Program-made: the position numbers and the translations under genes | In this document: positions 40,046 through 53,494 of the stretch, piece after piece | Position numbering within the stretch: position 1 is the stretch's first letter | Layout of the letters: every line of letters begins with the position of its first letter | Notes under the pieces: generated by a model | Told to the model about the DNA's origin: nothing | What the model saw: only the letters and a program-made list of their open reading frames with translations | Database searches by the model: none | Origin: Octopus bimaculoides | Taxonomy: Eukaryota | Direction of reading: 5' to 3' | Assembly: GCF_001194135.2 (NCBI RefSeq) | Contig: NC_068984.1 | Span: forward strand, 10,860,439 to 10,924,438 | Length of the DNA: 64,000 nucleotides

Positions 40046-40957
40046 GCCTATATATTCATATTTATACTCAATGATTCTAGTTTAGAAGTTTGGTCTCTTT
40101 CCATAGGTGCAGGCATGGTTTTGTGGTAAGAAGTCTGCTTCCCAAGCACATGGTTCTGGTATAGCCTCAAGCCAACCAAAGCCTTATGAGTAGATTCAGC
40201 AGATGGAAACTGATAGAAGCTCATCATATAATAATAATGATGAAATTATTGTAATACAGTGCTCGGGTGCAGTACAGCTCATCAGAAAAAGTAGTCAAAA
40301 GTACATAGAATATGCACAGGAAGTGAACAGTGAATGAATCGTTGAAAAAAAAAAAGTGGAGCATCTTCATAACTTAGTAGTTCAGCAAAAAGGGACTGAT
40401 AGAAGAAGTACCAGGCTTAATAAGATAAATTGAGCACTGGGGGTCAATTGGTTTAACTAAAATCATTCAAGGTAGTGCCCCAGCATGGCCACAGTATGAT
40501 AACTAAAACAAGTCAAAGATAAAAGTTATCTGAGGATGGTAAATTTATTCCAAGAACTCTGATCCTAGACCTTTTATTTACTTATTAATTCATTTTGTTC
40601 TCCTTTCTTGGCAATTTTTCCCCTTAAAGAGAGAAATTGCCAAGACTCTGAAAGTAATTAGTAGTTTTTGTTACTATAAACAGGAATTGTGTTTAGACTC
40701 TTGCACTGTTATAATTGATGGCTGAGCAGAACTTAAGGGCCACATTGGCAGCAGTACATTTTGATTATCCCTGCACAAATGTGTATATATCAGTAACAAA
40801 AACACATGCCAGCCTTAAGCCATAAGATTTAAACGAAACATTCAACTTTTCAACAATTCTCCAGAACTATTTACTATAGACACAATCTCTCCATCATCAT
40901 CATCATTATCATCATGTTCGTAAAATATCTAGAATTTGTGACCAGACAGCTGCTGTT

Positions 40958-40999
<42 letters not shown>

Positions 41000-41444
41000 G
41001 GCAGTAAGAGAGCTCAGCCTATTTCTAATCTAATTTTTCCACCCCAAACCTGATCTTTAAATTCTTTGTAAACATTGCAATTCTTTCTGTGTTATCATTG
41101 TTGTTTAGCTTCAGACATTCCAACCATGGCTGTCTCAACTTCTTTAAAGGTACTGTGCACCTTGGACAGCTCTATCCTATTTGCTATTCACTCTAGAAAA
41201 AAGAAAGCAAAAAAGAAGAAAAAATATTTGAAAACTGAGGAATTTATTGAAATATCTTTGTCATTAAGATTGCTTCGAATATTAATCAAGATGAAATTTT
41301 GATGAAAATTTTAATTTAGATCATTTTAAAATGGAATTTGTATCATAGAACTAAGAGCAATTTCATGCAGGGTAATAACTGATCTAATCAGACATCTTGT
41401 TTCAACAAGGAGAAAAAATGGTTCTGAATCCTGTATTTAGCTAT

Positions 41445-42236
41445 CATCATCATCATCATCATCATCGTTTAACGTCCGCTTTCCATGCTAGCATGGGTTG
41501 GACGATTTGACTGAGGACTGGTGAAACCGGATGGCAACACCAGGCTCCAGTCTGATTTGGCAGAGTTTCTACAGCTGGATGCCCTTCCTAACGCCAACCA
41601 CTCAGAGAGTGTAGTGGGTGCTTTTACGTGTCACCCGCACGAAAACGGCCACGCTCGAAATGGTGTCTTTTATGTGCCACCCGCACAAGCCAGTCCAGGG
41701 GCACTGGCAACGATCTCGCTCGAAAATCCNNNNNNNNNNNNNNNNNNNNNNNNNNNNNNNNNNNNNNNNNNNNNNNNNNNNNNNNNNNNNNNNNNNNNNN
41801 NNNNNNNNNNNNNNNNNNNNNNNNNNNNNNNNNNNNNNNNNNNNNNNNNNNNNNNNNNNNNNNNNNNNNNNNNNNNNNNNNNNNNNNNNNNNNNNNNNNN
41901 NNNNNNNNNNNNNNNNNNNNNNNNNNNNNNNNNNNNNNNNNNNNNNNNNNNNNNNNNNNNNNNNNNGGCACTTTTTCACGCAGCTATCCTCCTCCATTCT
42001 CACCACATGTCCATACCAGCGCAATCGTCTCTCTTGCACGCCACAACTGATGCTTCTAATGTTCAGCTTTTCTCTCAAGATACTTACACTCTGACGGGTA
42101 TTCACATTGACATTACACATCCAACGGAGCATACTGGCTTCATTCCTTGCGAGCTTACGTATGTCCTCAGCAGTTACAGCCCATGTTTCACTGCCATGTA
42201 GCATGGTTGTTCGTACGCATGCGTCATACAGTCTGC
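41445..42236 (-). mobile_element. 5'-truncated RTE LINE spanning an N-gap
   Basis: ORF 41602-42267 contains RLYDACVRTTMLHGSETWAV...RLRWYGHVVRMEEDSCVKKC. The 3' UTR and (GAT)n tail lie at 41445-41729. Confidence 0.9.
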
Positions 42237-42469
42237 TATATATATATGTATGCACACATCTGGCCACCTAACTCCCCAGACTTGCAGGAGATTCTGAAGT
42301 CGCCTGGAGGCCATGGTTGAAGCCAATGGCGATTTAATTGAATATATTTACTCTTTAGTATTTCAAGATATTTCTATGTAATTTTTAGTAAATATATCTG
42401 TTAAAATGAGATGTCAGTGTTATTTTCACTTTTGCGTAATTTAGATGACAATATATTCACCATACCCTT

Positions 42470-42600
42470 GAAAATTATAGAAAAACAAAAAGATGATGAC
42501 AGGTATATGAACAACAAGCAAGTGTATTAGTTTGACACTCAGGAAAATGAAAAACTCTTTTACGTTTCGAGCCTACGCTCTTCAACAGAAAGGAATAACA
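42470..42600 (-). mobile_element. Penelope-like terminal-repeat fragment with a hammerhead-like motif (42555-42595)
   Basis: Minus strand reads UUCCUUU CUGUUGA A GAGC-GUAG-GCUC GAAACGU A AAAGAG: palindromic ACGU stem III, GUA triplet and a 4-bp stem I, but A6 is U. It shares the downstream ttttcctgagtgtca..ctaataca with the 62.5-kb copy. Confidence 0.55.
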
Positions 42601-43599
42601 GAAAATAAACAGAGAGAGAATGAAAGAAAACTTGTAGCTTTTACAGATGTATATATCTGTGGCAGTTTGGCAGATTAGATGTAGTGCACTGATGAAACTA
42701 TAATAAATTACTTTTTTGAAGATTACTATAGAAACCTTTAAACTAAACACATTTACTCTCTCTTTCTCTAGCTTTTTTTTTTTTCTCTTCAGTTCAACAG
42801 GAACTGAGCAACTGCAGCTTATGCCCTTGTGTTACAAGCTCTGTTTGTCTTCTGAGCAACTATAATTTATGTCCTTGTGTGCAGAGGTCTGTTTGTCTTA
42901 AGGATAACCTGCCTTTGATCCTCGGATGGGGTTAAGTTGAGTTCGATAAAGGGCAGAAGTCATTCTAGTAAAACTAATAAACTTAACGCTTTGGCTGCAG
43001 CCTGCAACACAGTCTGTTGCATTGCTTATTTGTTTTGTTAATCTCTAGTTCAATGATACTATCTTCACATTAAGAACCAGCAGAAGTATTGACAAAATCC
43101 ATATTTTATAGGTTGAAGTTCACTTTATTTAATATAGATCATTTACTTCAACAAACTCCCTTATCACCCTCTCTACCTTCCTCACAATTATATAACGTGT
43201 CCAAGTTATATACATTCACATGGTGCACTTAGGTGTGTGTTTGTATGTATGCATGTATGTGTGTTTGCATATGTGCATTATTTGTGATAGATTCCTTTGT
43301 TTTGACATGTATAGCCTATTTTCAAAGAGAGCAATGGGGAGAGAAAGTTGTGATGTTCATACATTTCCCAACAGTATCAAAAGCAGAATACTTTGATCTA
43401 TAAGAAAGATATAGAATTGGAAAAGAGGTCGATTTGTTCAATTAAAGGTGATGCTCCAGCATGGCTGCAGTCAAAGAAACAAGTAAAGGATCAAGGTTTA
43501 TATATTTTTTATCTCTCATTTGTTAAGCAATAGTATCATTGACTCTTACACAGTTACCATCTACCAAGTTCTACTCATTAAGCATTGGTCAACTGTGCT

Positions 43600-43900
43600 G
43601 GTGGCATGTGAACAAAACATTGGACTGACTCTTGTGCAGGTAGCATGTAAAAAAACATCATTTGAGCATGGCCGTTGCCAGTACCGCCAGACTGGCCCTC
43701 GTACCGGTGGCACGCAAAAAGCACCCACTACACTCTCGGAGTGGTTGGCGTTAGGAAGGGCATCCAGCCGTAGAAACTCTGCCAGATCAGATCGGAGTCT
43801 GGTGTAACCATCTGATTCACCAGTCCCCAGTCAAATCGTCCAACCCATGCTAGCATGGAAAGCGGACGTTAAATGATGATGATGATGATGAGGATGATGA
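43600..43900 (+). mobile_element. RTE 3' UTR copy
   Basis: Internal units, tail and (GAT)n. Confidence 0.8.
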
Positions 43901-46569
43901 TGACACCCGGACAAAATGCAATTAAACCCACAACTTAACCATAGAGCTCTCGCTGCACTGTACCACACTCCTGTGCTTGTACCATACCACACACACACAC
44001 TCACACAGAGTCGTGATTGTACCATATGTGTACATATAATGAGAGTGCGTATATGTACACTGTTTAGATTGTAATCTTGTAATATATTACTTTTGTTGAC
44101 AAACTCTGTAAAAAAAAAATGAAATTTTGTCTTTAATTTAAGATGATGAGCAAAACAACTTTTGGCCATTTTGTGTATTTTGGTCTCTTTTGTTCTTCGA
44201 AAGTAATAACTTTGTACTCTTTGATTTTTCTTCTTCAATTCAGTAAAAGCTGCACCAAAAACGATGATATTTTAATTTAAGTCAATATTTTAAAAGGTTA
44301 TGAATTATTATTAATATAAGATGCAGGCTTGGCTGTGTGGTTAAGAAGCTTGCTTTGTAACCTTACAACCTTTGGTTCAGTTTTATTGTGTTATAAGGCC
44401 CTCAGGAAAGCTAGGGTCCCTATATACACAATCAAAATGTATGTGGTTTACTGTTGGAACACCTAGATATGTGGGGCCTCTAGGTAACTGTCCAATGTGC
44501 TCAGGTTTTAAGATGGTGCTTCCACAACCCTGCAACATCATTATGGTCATTATCTCCCCTCTGCAACTTTTATCACCTTACCATTTTGCTATGACAATGG
44601 GTCACTCTCTATGTGGTTGCTTTTTCTCCAGAAATAGCAGTCAAATCTCCATCAAATTAAACTCTACTATCTTGGATAAAGGGCACATTGGATAATGTGC
44701 TCCTGGGTTTCCACACGTAGGGAGAAAATTAGTTGTATCTAAAATGCCTCTGAGCATAAGTCTGCTCAAAAAGGACTGACCTAGGGTTAAACAACACAAC
44801 ATTGCCATCACCATTACTATAGCAACAAAGACAAGAACTATTGGGTTACTCATTGTCATGTGAGTAAACATCTCCTGATACCTGATGATCCTCTGAAAGC
44901 TGATGCTAACTCTTTTACATGTTTCAGCCCTAAGGCTGTGGCCTTGCTCAGCTCATTTTTATTTTATGGATGTTGTAAGATTTGAACTCGTGACCATTAA
45001 TCCAGACCTACCTCACCCACCTACCCCCAGCCAATTGCTTGTTTCATATTCTCACTGCCAATATATATCTCACTATTATTATATACAATTAATTATTATG
45101 CCCTATGGCAACATTTCTCTAATTATAGGTATTGCTTTATTTTTTCCTACAGATGCAAAATAAATATCGTTTCTTCTAAGTTTTTGAAAATAATATAGAT
45201 TTGGCGAGATATACTCTGAAAATAAATCTATGGTTGGGAAATAGTTAATAAGTTATGACAGAAATGGTGTGGTTTTAAAATTAATTTTGCATTTCATGCT
45301 TCAAAAAGAGAAAAAGATATCTATTTTCTCATTTTTTTTTTTTGTTTTTTTCTGAATCTAAAAACTTATTTTTCTTTTTAAAGTTGTAAGTGATTTAGTA
45401 CAGTTTTAAAAGCCAAAAGGCATCTTTTAAATATATTGCTCTCAATGAAACTGACAGCATGATTAGTCTGAAGGCATACTAGTGTCTGCAAGCTATCAAT
45501 TAACAGAAGAAATTCAACTGTGCATTTAAAAAAAAAAGATTTCTTCTAAATATACAAAGAAGCATGTGTGTATGTATGCGTATATATACACATACATATA
45601 CAAAGAGGCATATATATATATATATATATATATACATACACACAAATATACAAAGAAGCATATATATATATATATATATACATACACACAATACCACGTG
45701 GTTCGGTATTAAATTTCCTTTTTTATTCTGGTAAAAATACAAAAATGGTTGTGGACTGACAGAAACTTTACTGATATGCTTGTGTATTGATATTAAAATG
45801 TCAAGTTCAACAATATCAAAAAAAAGAAAGAAAAGAAAAGAAAGCAAAGAACGTCCTCATTTCAATGGCAGCACACCAAATCATATCAGTGAGATGTGTG
45901 GTGTGCGATGTGCCCGACTGATCGTTGTCATTTTTTACATTCATCTGTCCATGCTTACATGGGTCAGACTACATTTTTGGAAGTAGAATGTCAACATCAT
46001 AGGCGCAGGAGTGGCTGTGTGGGAAGTAGCTTGCTTACAAACCACATGGTTCTGGGTTCAGTCCCACTGCATGGCACCTTGGGCAAGTGTCTTCTATAGC
46101 CTCAGGCCGACCAAAGCCTTGTGAGTGGATTTGGTAGACAGAAACTGAAAGAAGCCCGTCATATATATGTATGTGTGTGTATATGCCTTGTGAGTAAATT
46201 TGATAAGAGGAAACTGTGTGGAAGCTGGTCATATATAACAGGCTTCAGCCTAGTTTCCATCTGTCAAATTTCACTCATGAGATTTGGGCAACCCAAGGTT
46301 ACGGTGAAAGCCACTGTCCCTAAAGTTCAGCTATGTGAGGTTGAATCCAGACCCACATGGTTGTGAAGGAAACCTTCTCAATCACATGGTCATGTCTGCA
46401 AGTTCTGCTGGCATCCACAGTAGAGTCTGGCAAAAGTGACCTCTGTTGAAACATGACAGATCTCTCTTTACTTACTACCATTAATAATACTATTAATACT
46501 ACTGTTATTTTTATGCTCTGTATTTGTTAGGATTGAGTTGTTGTATGTGACTTGGAGTATAGAGGGGCA

Positions 46570-46855
46570 AGAGGCTTCATGATTAGGATATTTGGCTCAT
46601 GATCGTAAGGTCGTGAGTTCAATTCCCAGCAACACATTGTCTCCTTGAGCAAGACACTTTATTTCACTTTACTCCAGTCCACTCAGCTGGCAAAAATGAG
46701 CGGTACCTGTAATTCAAAAGGCCAGCCTTGTCACACTCTGTGTCACACTGAATCTCTCTAAGAACTATGTTAAGGGTACACATATCTGTGGAGTGCTCAG
46801 CCACTTGCATGTTAATTTCATGAGCAGGCTGTTTTGTTGATTGGATCAACTGCAA
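46570..46855 (+). mobile_element. SINE family C
   Basis: Same motifs. Confidence 0.8.
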
Positions 46856-47239
46856 CCAACAGAATGCTAGTTTTTTTGTTTCGTTTCTTTTAGCTGAGGG
46901 AGTAATCTTATATTTATTAGTAGCAGTGACAGTGAACGCTTCCAGTTTGTTGTGACAACAAACTAGCTCCTACATGTACAGGTGGTTGTAGATGTGGTCC
47001 TTATGCAGCTTATCTTGAATTGAAGTGTGCCATTCTGCATATTCTCTAATTTACTGTGAGAGATTATAGACCCAGGCCCATGCTAATCTATTGTTGTTTC
47101 TTCATTGGCCATATGTGATACCTTTGAGTGCTCATCTAATGTTTTTGTATCTTTCATTATTTTTTTTTAACTATATTTTTTTTGTTTGCTGTGAATCTTG
47201 TAGAAATGTTGTTGGGAATTTCTATTATTATTTTTTTCT

Positions 47240-47720
47240 CTTCCCAGTATGTGGTGTGTTTATGTTGTTGAGTGCAGTGGTTAACTGTATTTCATGTTCT
47301 TTGATGTCTGCTACTAAGAAGGAAGGGGATTCAGTTGGTGCTACTTTTAGTCTGTTTGGAACCAGGTTTCTAAGTGGTTGATGTAGGGTTGGAGTAGTTT
47401 TACAGCTGTCTAGAAAAATGGTGAGAGGATGTTGCTGTGATGCCATTTGCATATGTAAAACTCTGTGTGTTTTCTGGAGTTGTGGAAGGACGTATAGATA
47501 GATATTACACTGAGTGGGTGAGAGAATAGATTCTTGTGTTACATTCTTCTGGAAATTACAGAATCTTCAAACTGTTTTGCATGCCACATAGTCTTCTTGG
47601 TATCATTAGAGATAGTTAACCAGTTAGTAATTTGAGGTGTGTTTTTTCGAAGGAAGTGTCTAGTATGATGTTTGGTAGTGTTGTATATATCATTGTATAT
47701 AAGACTGAAAACAATACCTT
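47240..47720 (-). mobile_element. Decayed non-LTR retrotransposon reverse-transcriptase fragment (non-RTE; clade uncertain)
   Basis: Across frameshifts: TLPNIILDTS ... VTQESILSPTQCNIYLYVLPQ (GVPQGSxLSPxLFNIY motif, about 47500-47545), TYANGITATSS (YADD motif decayed, about 47441-47456), then QHPL. Confidence 0.6.
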
Positions 47721-48389
47721 CACTAAGGCGGAGGTAATAATAATGAAAAGATATTTTTTTAAATAAATAAAATCTTGTGTGATTAGCTCTGAAAGTTGTG
47801 CAAGAACAGAGTTTATTAGTGACCCAGTTTTAGGCTAAGTTATTCTCATATGATAAGACTTTATCTCAACACACCAGACCACTCATAAGTTCCCAGTTCA
47901 TTTGATATCTTAATGCTAAGTCATCAGTCTTGCTCTTGTCTGATATCAGTGACGAAGCAGCTGAAGTGCACAGTGACATCTATTAGTGACACCAGTGACT
48001 TCACTTCAGTCATGGCACCATCTTATCCGTATGGTTAGCATGACCCCTTCTATAAACTACAAGGTCTCAAAATGAGGTTTCCTCTTTTATATATGTTTTT
48101 TTTTTAGTTCTTCCAAGAATATGTTGTTTAACCCCTGGTCACCTTTGATCAAACAATCCCATGATCATAGGCACTCTGGCCATAACCATCCTGTCTCTTA
48201 TTACACACACTGTTTAAATATCGAACAAACCTATACTTAAACACACACACATTTATATACACTTGCAAAACTTCATTTAAACATTGCCTATAACAGTTAA
48301 GCTAGATCATTAATGGCATCAGTCTAACCTGGTCTCAGAGAATCCCTAAAGATTATGGGATCCAATCTATTAAAAATACCATAAACACA

Positions 48390-48680
48390 TCCGAACGTGA
48401 TTGATGCCAGGCCCGCCTGACTGGCTCCCATGCCAGTGACACATAAGAAGTACCATCTGGATGTGGCTGATGACAGTAACCACTGACTGGCTCCTGTGCT
48501 GGTGACATGTAACAAGCACCCATTACACTCTCGGAGTGGTTGGCGTTAGGAAGGGCATCCAGCTGTAGGAACCTTGCCAAATCAGATTGGAGCCTGGTGC
48601 AGCCTCCTGGCTTGCCAGTCTTCAGTGAAACCATCCAACCCATGCCAGCATGGAAAACAGACGTTAAACAATTATGATGA
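48390..48680 (+). mobile_element. RTE 3' UTR copy
   Basis: Internal units and tail. Confidence 0.75.
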
Positions 48681-49437
48681 TAGACCCCCTAAAACACATT
48701 ATACTTACATCCCACACACACACACATACACATGCACATCTTCTCACACATATGACATACATAAACGCATGCACACATCTTGTATACATAGACACTTATT
48801 CTGTCTCACATGCATTTGTTCATTTTTACACATGTACACACGCACATATACACATAGAGCATACACTCACATGCATACGTGTGTGTGTGTGTTTGTGTGT
48901 GTAAGCTACGTTGGTTTTTAAAAATCAGCTTTACTTTCTTCAACTGGAAATCATCTAAAATGTATAAAATTAATAATCTTATTATGAAAATTAATTCTTC
49001 ATCCTTCTTGAGTGGAAAGAGAGAGAGAGAGGGAGAGAGATGTTGTGTGGGGGAGAAAGATAGATAGATATACAGAAAGCTGAAGACAGGTCTGTGTGTG
49101 TGTGTTGTATGGTGGAGGAGAAAAGTTTTACCAATTCCATATTCAAAATTCTATAACACTAAGGTTTTCTTGTCTTTCTTTTCCCCTTTCTCTCCTTTTC
49201 TCTTCACCCCTCTCCATCCCTTTAAAACCTTAAGTAAACTTTTTTTTTTAATTCTTTAAGCTTCTTATTATGTTTGCTAGAGTTTATGTAAAAGACTTGG
49301 AATTTTCAATATGGTGATGAAAATGGGATTTTGTTAGCTTGTTGTTTTTGTTTCTGTTGTTGTCTGTGTTTTTGTTTCTGTTGTTGTCTGTGTTGTTCTA
49401 CTTCATGTGGTCACTGAATAAAGAGATCTATTATTAA

Positions 49438-49658
49438 CCCTTTTAGCATTTAAACCAGCCATAGCTGACCAAAATAGTCAACCTGTTTTAAGTTAAAACT
49501 GAACAGATCCAGCTTCTCATACCTACCCTACTATGTCAGTCTAAAAATAAACAATCACATCATTGAAATTCCAAAGCTGCGAGGTAACACTCGGTTGATT
49601 CAAAACAATGTGAATAAATAAATATTGCATTTGACAGAGTAATCTAATTGCTAATGAG
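49438..49658. mobile_element. piggyBac-type MITE, family 1
   Basis: TTAA at 49434-49437 and 49659-49662. The left end is CCCTTTTAGCATT and the right TIR is degenerate. Confidence 0.7.
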
Positions 49659-49689
49659 TTAAGGGAATTCCAGCCATGTCTTATTTTTC

Positions 49690-50100
49690 ATGTTTCTATT
49701 TTATTAGCAACAGAAGCACAGAGGCAAATTGGCCGAGTTCCTTCTGTGCGTTGGGCCTCATGGAGGCAAAGTGGCTGAGTTCCTTTCGAGCATTGGGTCT
49801 CATGGAGGCAATGACCGAGACCTTTGGCATTATGTCGTGCTTGAGATGAAAACAAGCTGAGCAAAATCGCTGTTGTGGCAGATACCGGGGTCATGCACAT
49901 CACACCCATGCCGGTGGCACGTAAAAGCACCCATTACACTCTTGGAGTGGTTGGCATTAGGAAGGGCATCCAACCATAGAAAACCATGCCAAATCAGACT
50001 AGAGTCTGGTGCAGCCTTCCAGCTTACCAGCCTTGGTCAAACCATCCAACCCATACCAGCGTGGACAACGGACATTAAAATGATTACGATGATGATGATG
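49690..50100 (+). mobile_element. RTE 3' UTR variant copy
   Basis: Tail and (GAT)n, with a 5' part related to 21050-21180 in reverse orientation. Confidence 0.65.
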
Positions 50101-52244
50101 ATAAGCAGTAATGGCAATGACTTCTGTCCACCAAAGTCCACTCATAAGGTATTGGTCACCTTGAAGTTATGGCAGAAGACAGCCTGGCCAAGGTGCCACA
50201 TGGTACACTTGAACCCCAGACCACAGGGTTGATAACCAAACTTCTTAACTGTGCAATTTTTATATCTTTGTTCCCATATTATATAAAGTATTATTAAGAT
50301 GTTTGGCATCATGGGTTTTTGTTTTGGATATTTATTCCTGAGTTCAAATCATACTGATGTCAGCTCTCACTTCCATCTGCCATGGTCTCATAAGTAAATA
50401 CCAGTTATACACTGCATCCATTATTCCCTCACCACCACCATGATTACTCCATTTTATATTATTTCATCTTCATCATCATTTTCATGTCTACCATTTCATG
50501 CTTATGATAAGCCCATAACCATCTGATTCCTGATAAAAATCAATAGAATTCATAAGGAAAACTTAACAGCAGGAAAATAAGAAACAGATAGCATTAGCTG
50601 ATGACCCTTCAAATTGTATTATCAATAACACCTCAAGGAAGCTGCTATTTGGTAGCTAAACCTGCTAGAAATCACAGCAAATCTCCTTCAAATTTTATTT
50701 AAAAAATAAAGGGACATGCATAATGTATTCGCTATGCTTGAAAAGCATGGAGGGATGGTCACCGATGGAATGTCTTTAATCTTAGATCTGGTGCATCAGA
50801 GCTAACTGGAAGCTAAACAAAAACAATAACAGTTTGTAGATCAGATAACAATGAAGTATTTATTGAATTCACCTCACCCTAACTTTAAACTGCACCCCCC
50901 CCCCCACTCAGCTATTATCAGCACCACCCATTATCATTGATATCCAATCAGTATTTTATTGCTCTGGTTGGTAACCCCTATTTAGCAACCCCCATCACTA
51001 CCACCAGATGCAAACCAAAAAATAAAATACCTCCCCTTTAGTTTGTGTTGTTTTTATTTTCAGCTGCTATCATGGTTTGCCATGTGTATGTTTTAAGTGT
51101 TTTAATGCGCTACATTTCGCAGACTGTACTAATATTGTGGGTTCTGGAAGGTTACTTTCGCTTGGTTCTGTTTTTTTTATATTGCATTTTTCATCTAGGT
51201 GAAACTTCTCAGTTGTCACTGTGTATGTACCAGCACTTCTTGGTAGATAAAGAGAATCTGAGAGCAGTATTTACATGCAAACAGCCTCTGTACTAATATC
51301 ATGTATGTGTGTAGGATTGCTTACATGACACAATAATGTGTTGTAAGTCTTACAAATCTGGCAAGAATGAATCTGACTAAACATTAGTGAGCAACCTAAG
51401 GAATGAGGGAGGAACGCTTAACTCTCTCAGGGTCTTTACATTTTAAATGGGATCTGCTACACCACATATTTCATATGTAGTGGGATATGTGTTAATAATG
51501 TATACTGTTAAAATTTGTTCTTACACATGTTATGTTTGTATGTCTAAGAATTTCAAGAACAGATCACGTTGTTTCACTGGGCTTGTGTTTTTCCTGATAG
51601 TGAAGAAATTAATGTAACAATTTTCTCTGAAATTGATAACTAAACTTAATTTTTGTTTGGTCCTGTGGGAAATTATTCTATTTCCTTATTTTATTTCTGA
51701 TTTCTGTTTCAATAGCCTATTTCGTTTATCTACTAAATTTTTCAACTTCAGCAATTACTGTTTCCTGCTTTTCTCTTTTGTCGAAGAAAATCTAATAAAA
51801 AAAAAAAAGAATATTTTTGTTTACTATAATGTCTGATAATTTTAGTTGAATACTTAGTTTCATTTGAGGTTTATTTTGTTCTGTTTTTGTTTAGCTTTGA
51901 TTTGAAAGGAAAATTTTTTTTTTAAATTGCTCTAAACCACCAATGCCATTTTTTCTAATTAAGAATTCAAAGCTTCCAATATATTTGTTACATCAATGAA
52001 TTTGTAAACATTTCCAGGACACTAGATGAACTATGTAACTATTATTGGCTGAATTATTTGTGATTAATTCATCATTTTTTGTCTGCTTATCACAAAATAC
52101 AGACTGTTATAAATCATTTGTTACAATAAAGGGATTTGAAATATAGCCTTAGGTTTTTTTTTTTTTTTAGAGATTTTATTTTTAACCACAACCCCACTCC
52201 AACCCTGATCTGGAGATATAGGTAACACTTTTGAGTAGAAATTT

Positions 52245-52840
52245 TTGATGCCGGGTCACTCTTGAGTGCTACTGGTGACATGTGACCCAGTACGGCCTGT
52301 CGTATGGTCAGGTCGTCGGCAACTAAACTGGCAACCCCATCAAGTTTGCTTGGTCAGGAGGGTGATTGCTGGACACCCTGCAGGACGAAAAATAAGACCT
52401 GTCAAAGGGCAGAAGAACTACTGTGTAGTCAATGGCCAATTCAAAAAGTACCTTGTTACTGTGAAGTGCCTGTGTGCTCCATTGATCCAGAGAGCTATGC
52501 TGGAGGGAGAGAAATCTTCAGGCAGGTCTTACCAGGACAGACAGGTCGAAGGGTAGGAGACCGACAAAACCTTAACAGCAATAAATTGAAGTGTTGGCAG
52601 CAGGGCATGGATTTAGTTACCAGCAGGACCTAACAGATCAGATTCTTGGCTTTGAACTAGCAGGATGTCATGCAGAGGATCTTGAATACAAGACAATGAA
52701 TGAGACCCTAATATTCCTAGTTAGATGGAAACTGCATGACCACATGGAGCAGCGCCCTGTGACTCCCATAGTATGCACAACCGAAACCCCTAAAAGGGGC
52801 ATCCTATGGAACGACCTAGATGAGATGAGATTGAGAAGTT
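52245..52840 (+). mobile_element. Probable non-coding retroelement, about 50% GC, ending in (GATGA)n
   Basis: GC-richer island with an abrupt start after a T-run and a tandem tail gatgagatgagattgaga. No convincing ORF. Its resemblance to RTE 5' UTRs is only impressionistic. Confidence 0.35.
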
Positions 52841-52954
52841 TTCAGTTTGAAATTTGTATTTAAGTAGTTATTTGAATTCAAATTAAATAATAAAACTTAT
52901 TTGATGTGGTTAAAAAATTATACCAATTTCTACATCATAATTTCCTGCATATAC

Positions 52955-53385
52955 AGACATGGCTGTGTGGTAAGAAGTTTACTTCCCAACCATTTGGTTC
53001 TGAGTTCAGTCCCACTATGTGGCATTTTGAGCAAGTATCTTCTGCTATAGCCTCAGGCCAAACAAAGCCTTATGTGTGGATTTAGTAGACAGAAACTGAA
53101 AGAAACCTATTGTATAAATATATGTCCGTATACTTGTTTGTGTGTATCCGTGTGTGTCTTTGTATATATTTGTTCCCCCAGCACCACTTGACAACCAGTG
53201 TTGGTGTATTTATGTCCCTATGATTTAGTAGTTCAGCAAAGAGACTGATAGAATAAGTAATTGGCTTAAAAAAAAAGAAAGCAGGATTTGGAGTTGATTC
53301 GTTCAAGGAGAGTTCTTCAAGGTGGTGCTCCAGCATGGCCACAATTTAATGACCGAAACAAATAAAAGGTAAAAAAAAGATAAAA
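52955..53385 (+). mobile_element. SINE family A
   Basis: Full-length head, microsatellite and tail. Confidence 0.8.
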
Positions 53386-53494
53386 ATAATACAAGCCATT
53401 GTTGTATTTAGTGTAAACATTCAAACCTCATCACTATTTTTCCAAATCCTGCTGCATTTCACATGGAATTTCCAGCCCTCCAAAGTCATCTTGA

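Noticed and set aside
42770-42880. Strong acceptor tttttctcttcag as the next MAGI exon
   Set aside because: The required phase gives no WW continuation and reaches a stop. The same applies to candidate acceptors near 6390, 15364, 38540 and 53722.
52256-52330. HDV-like ribozyme (7-bp P1-like GGGTCAC/GTGACCC)
   Set aside because: No UYCNCGY-type L3 loop, and P2 and P1.1 could not be assigned.
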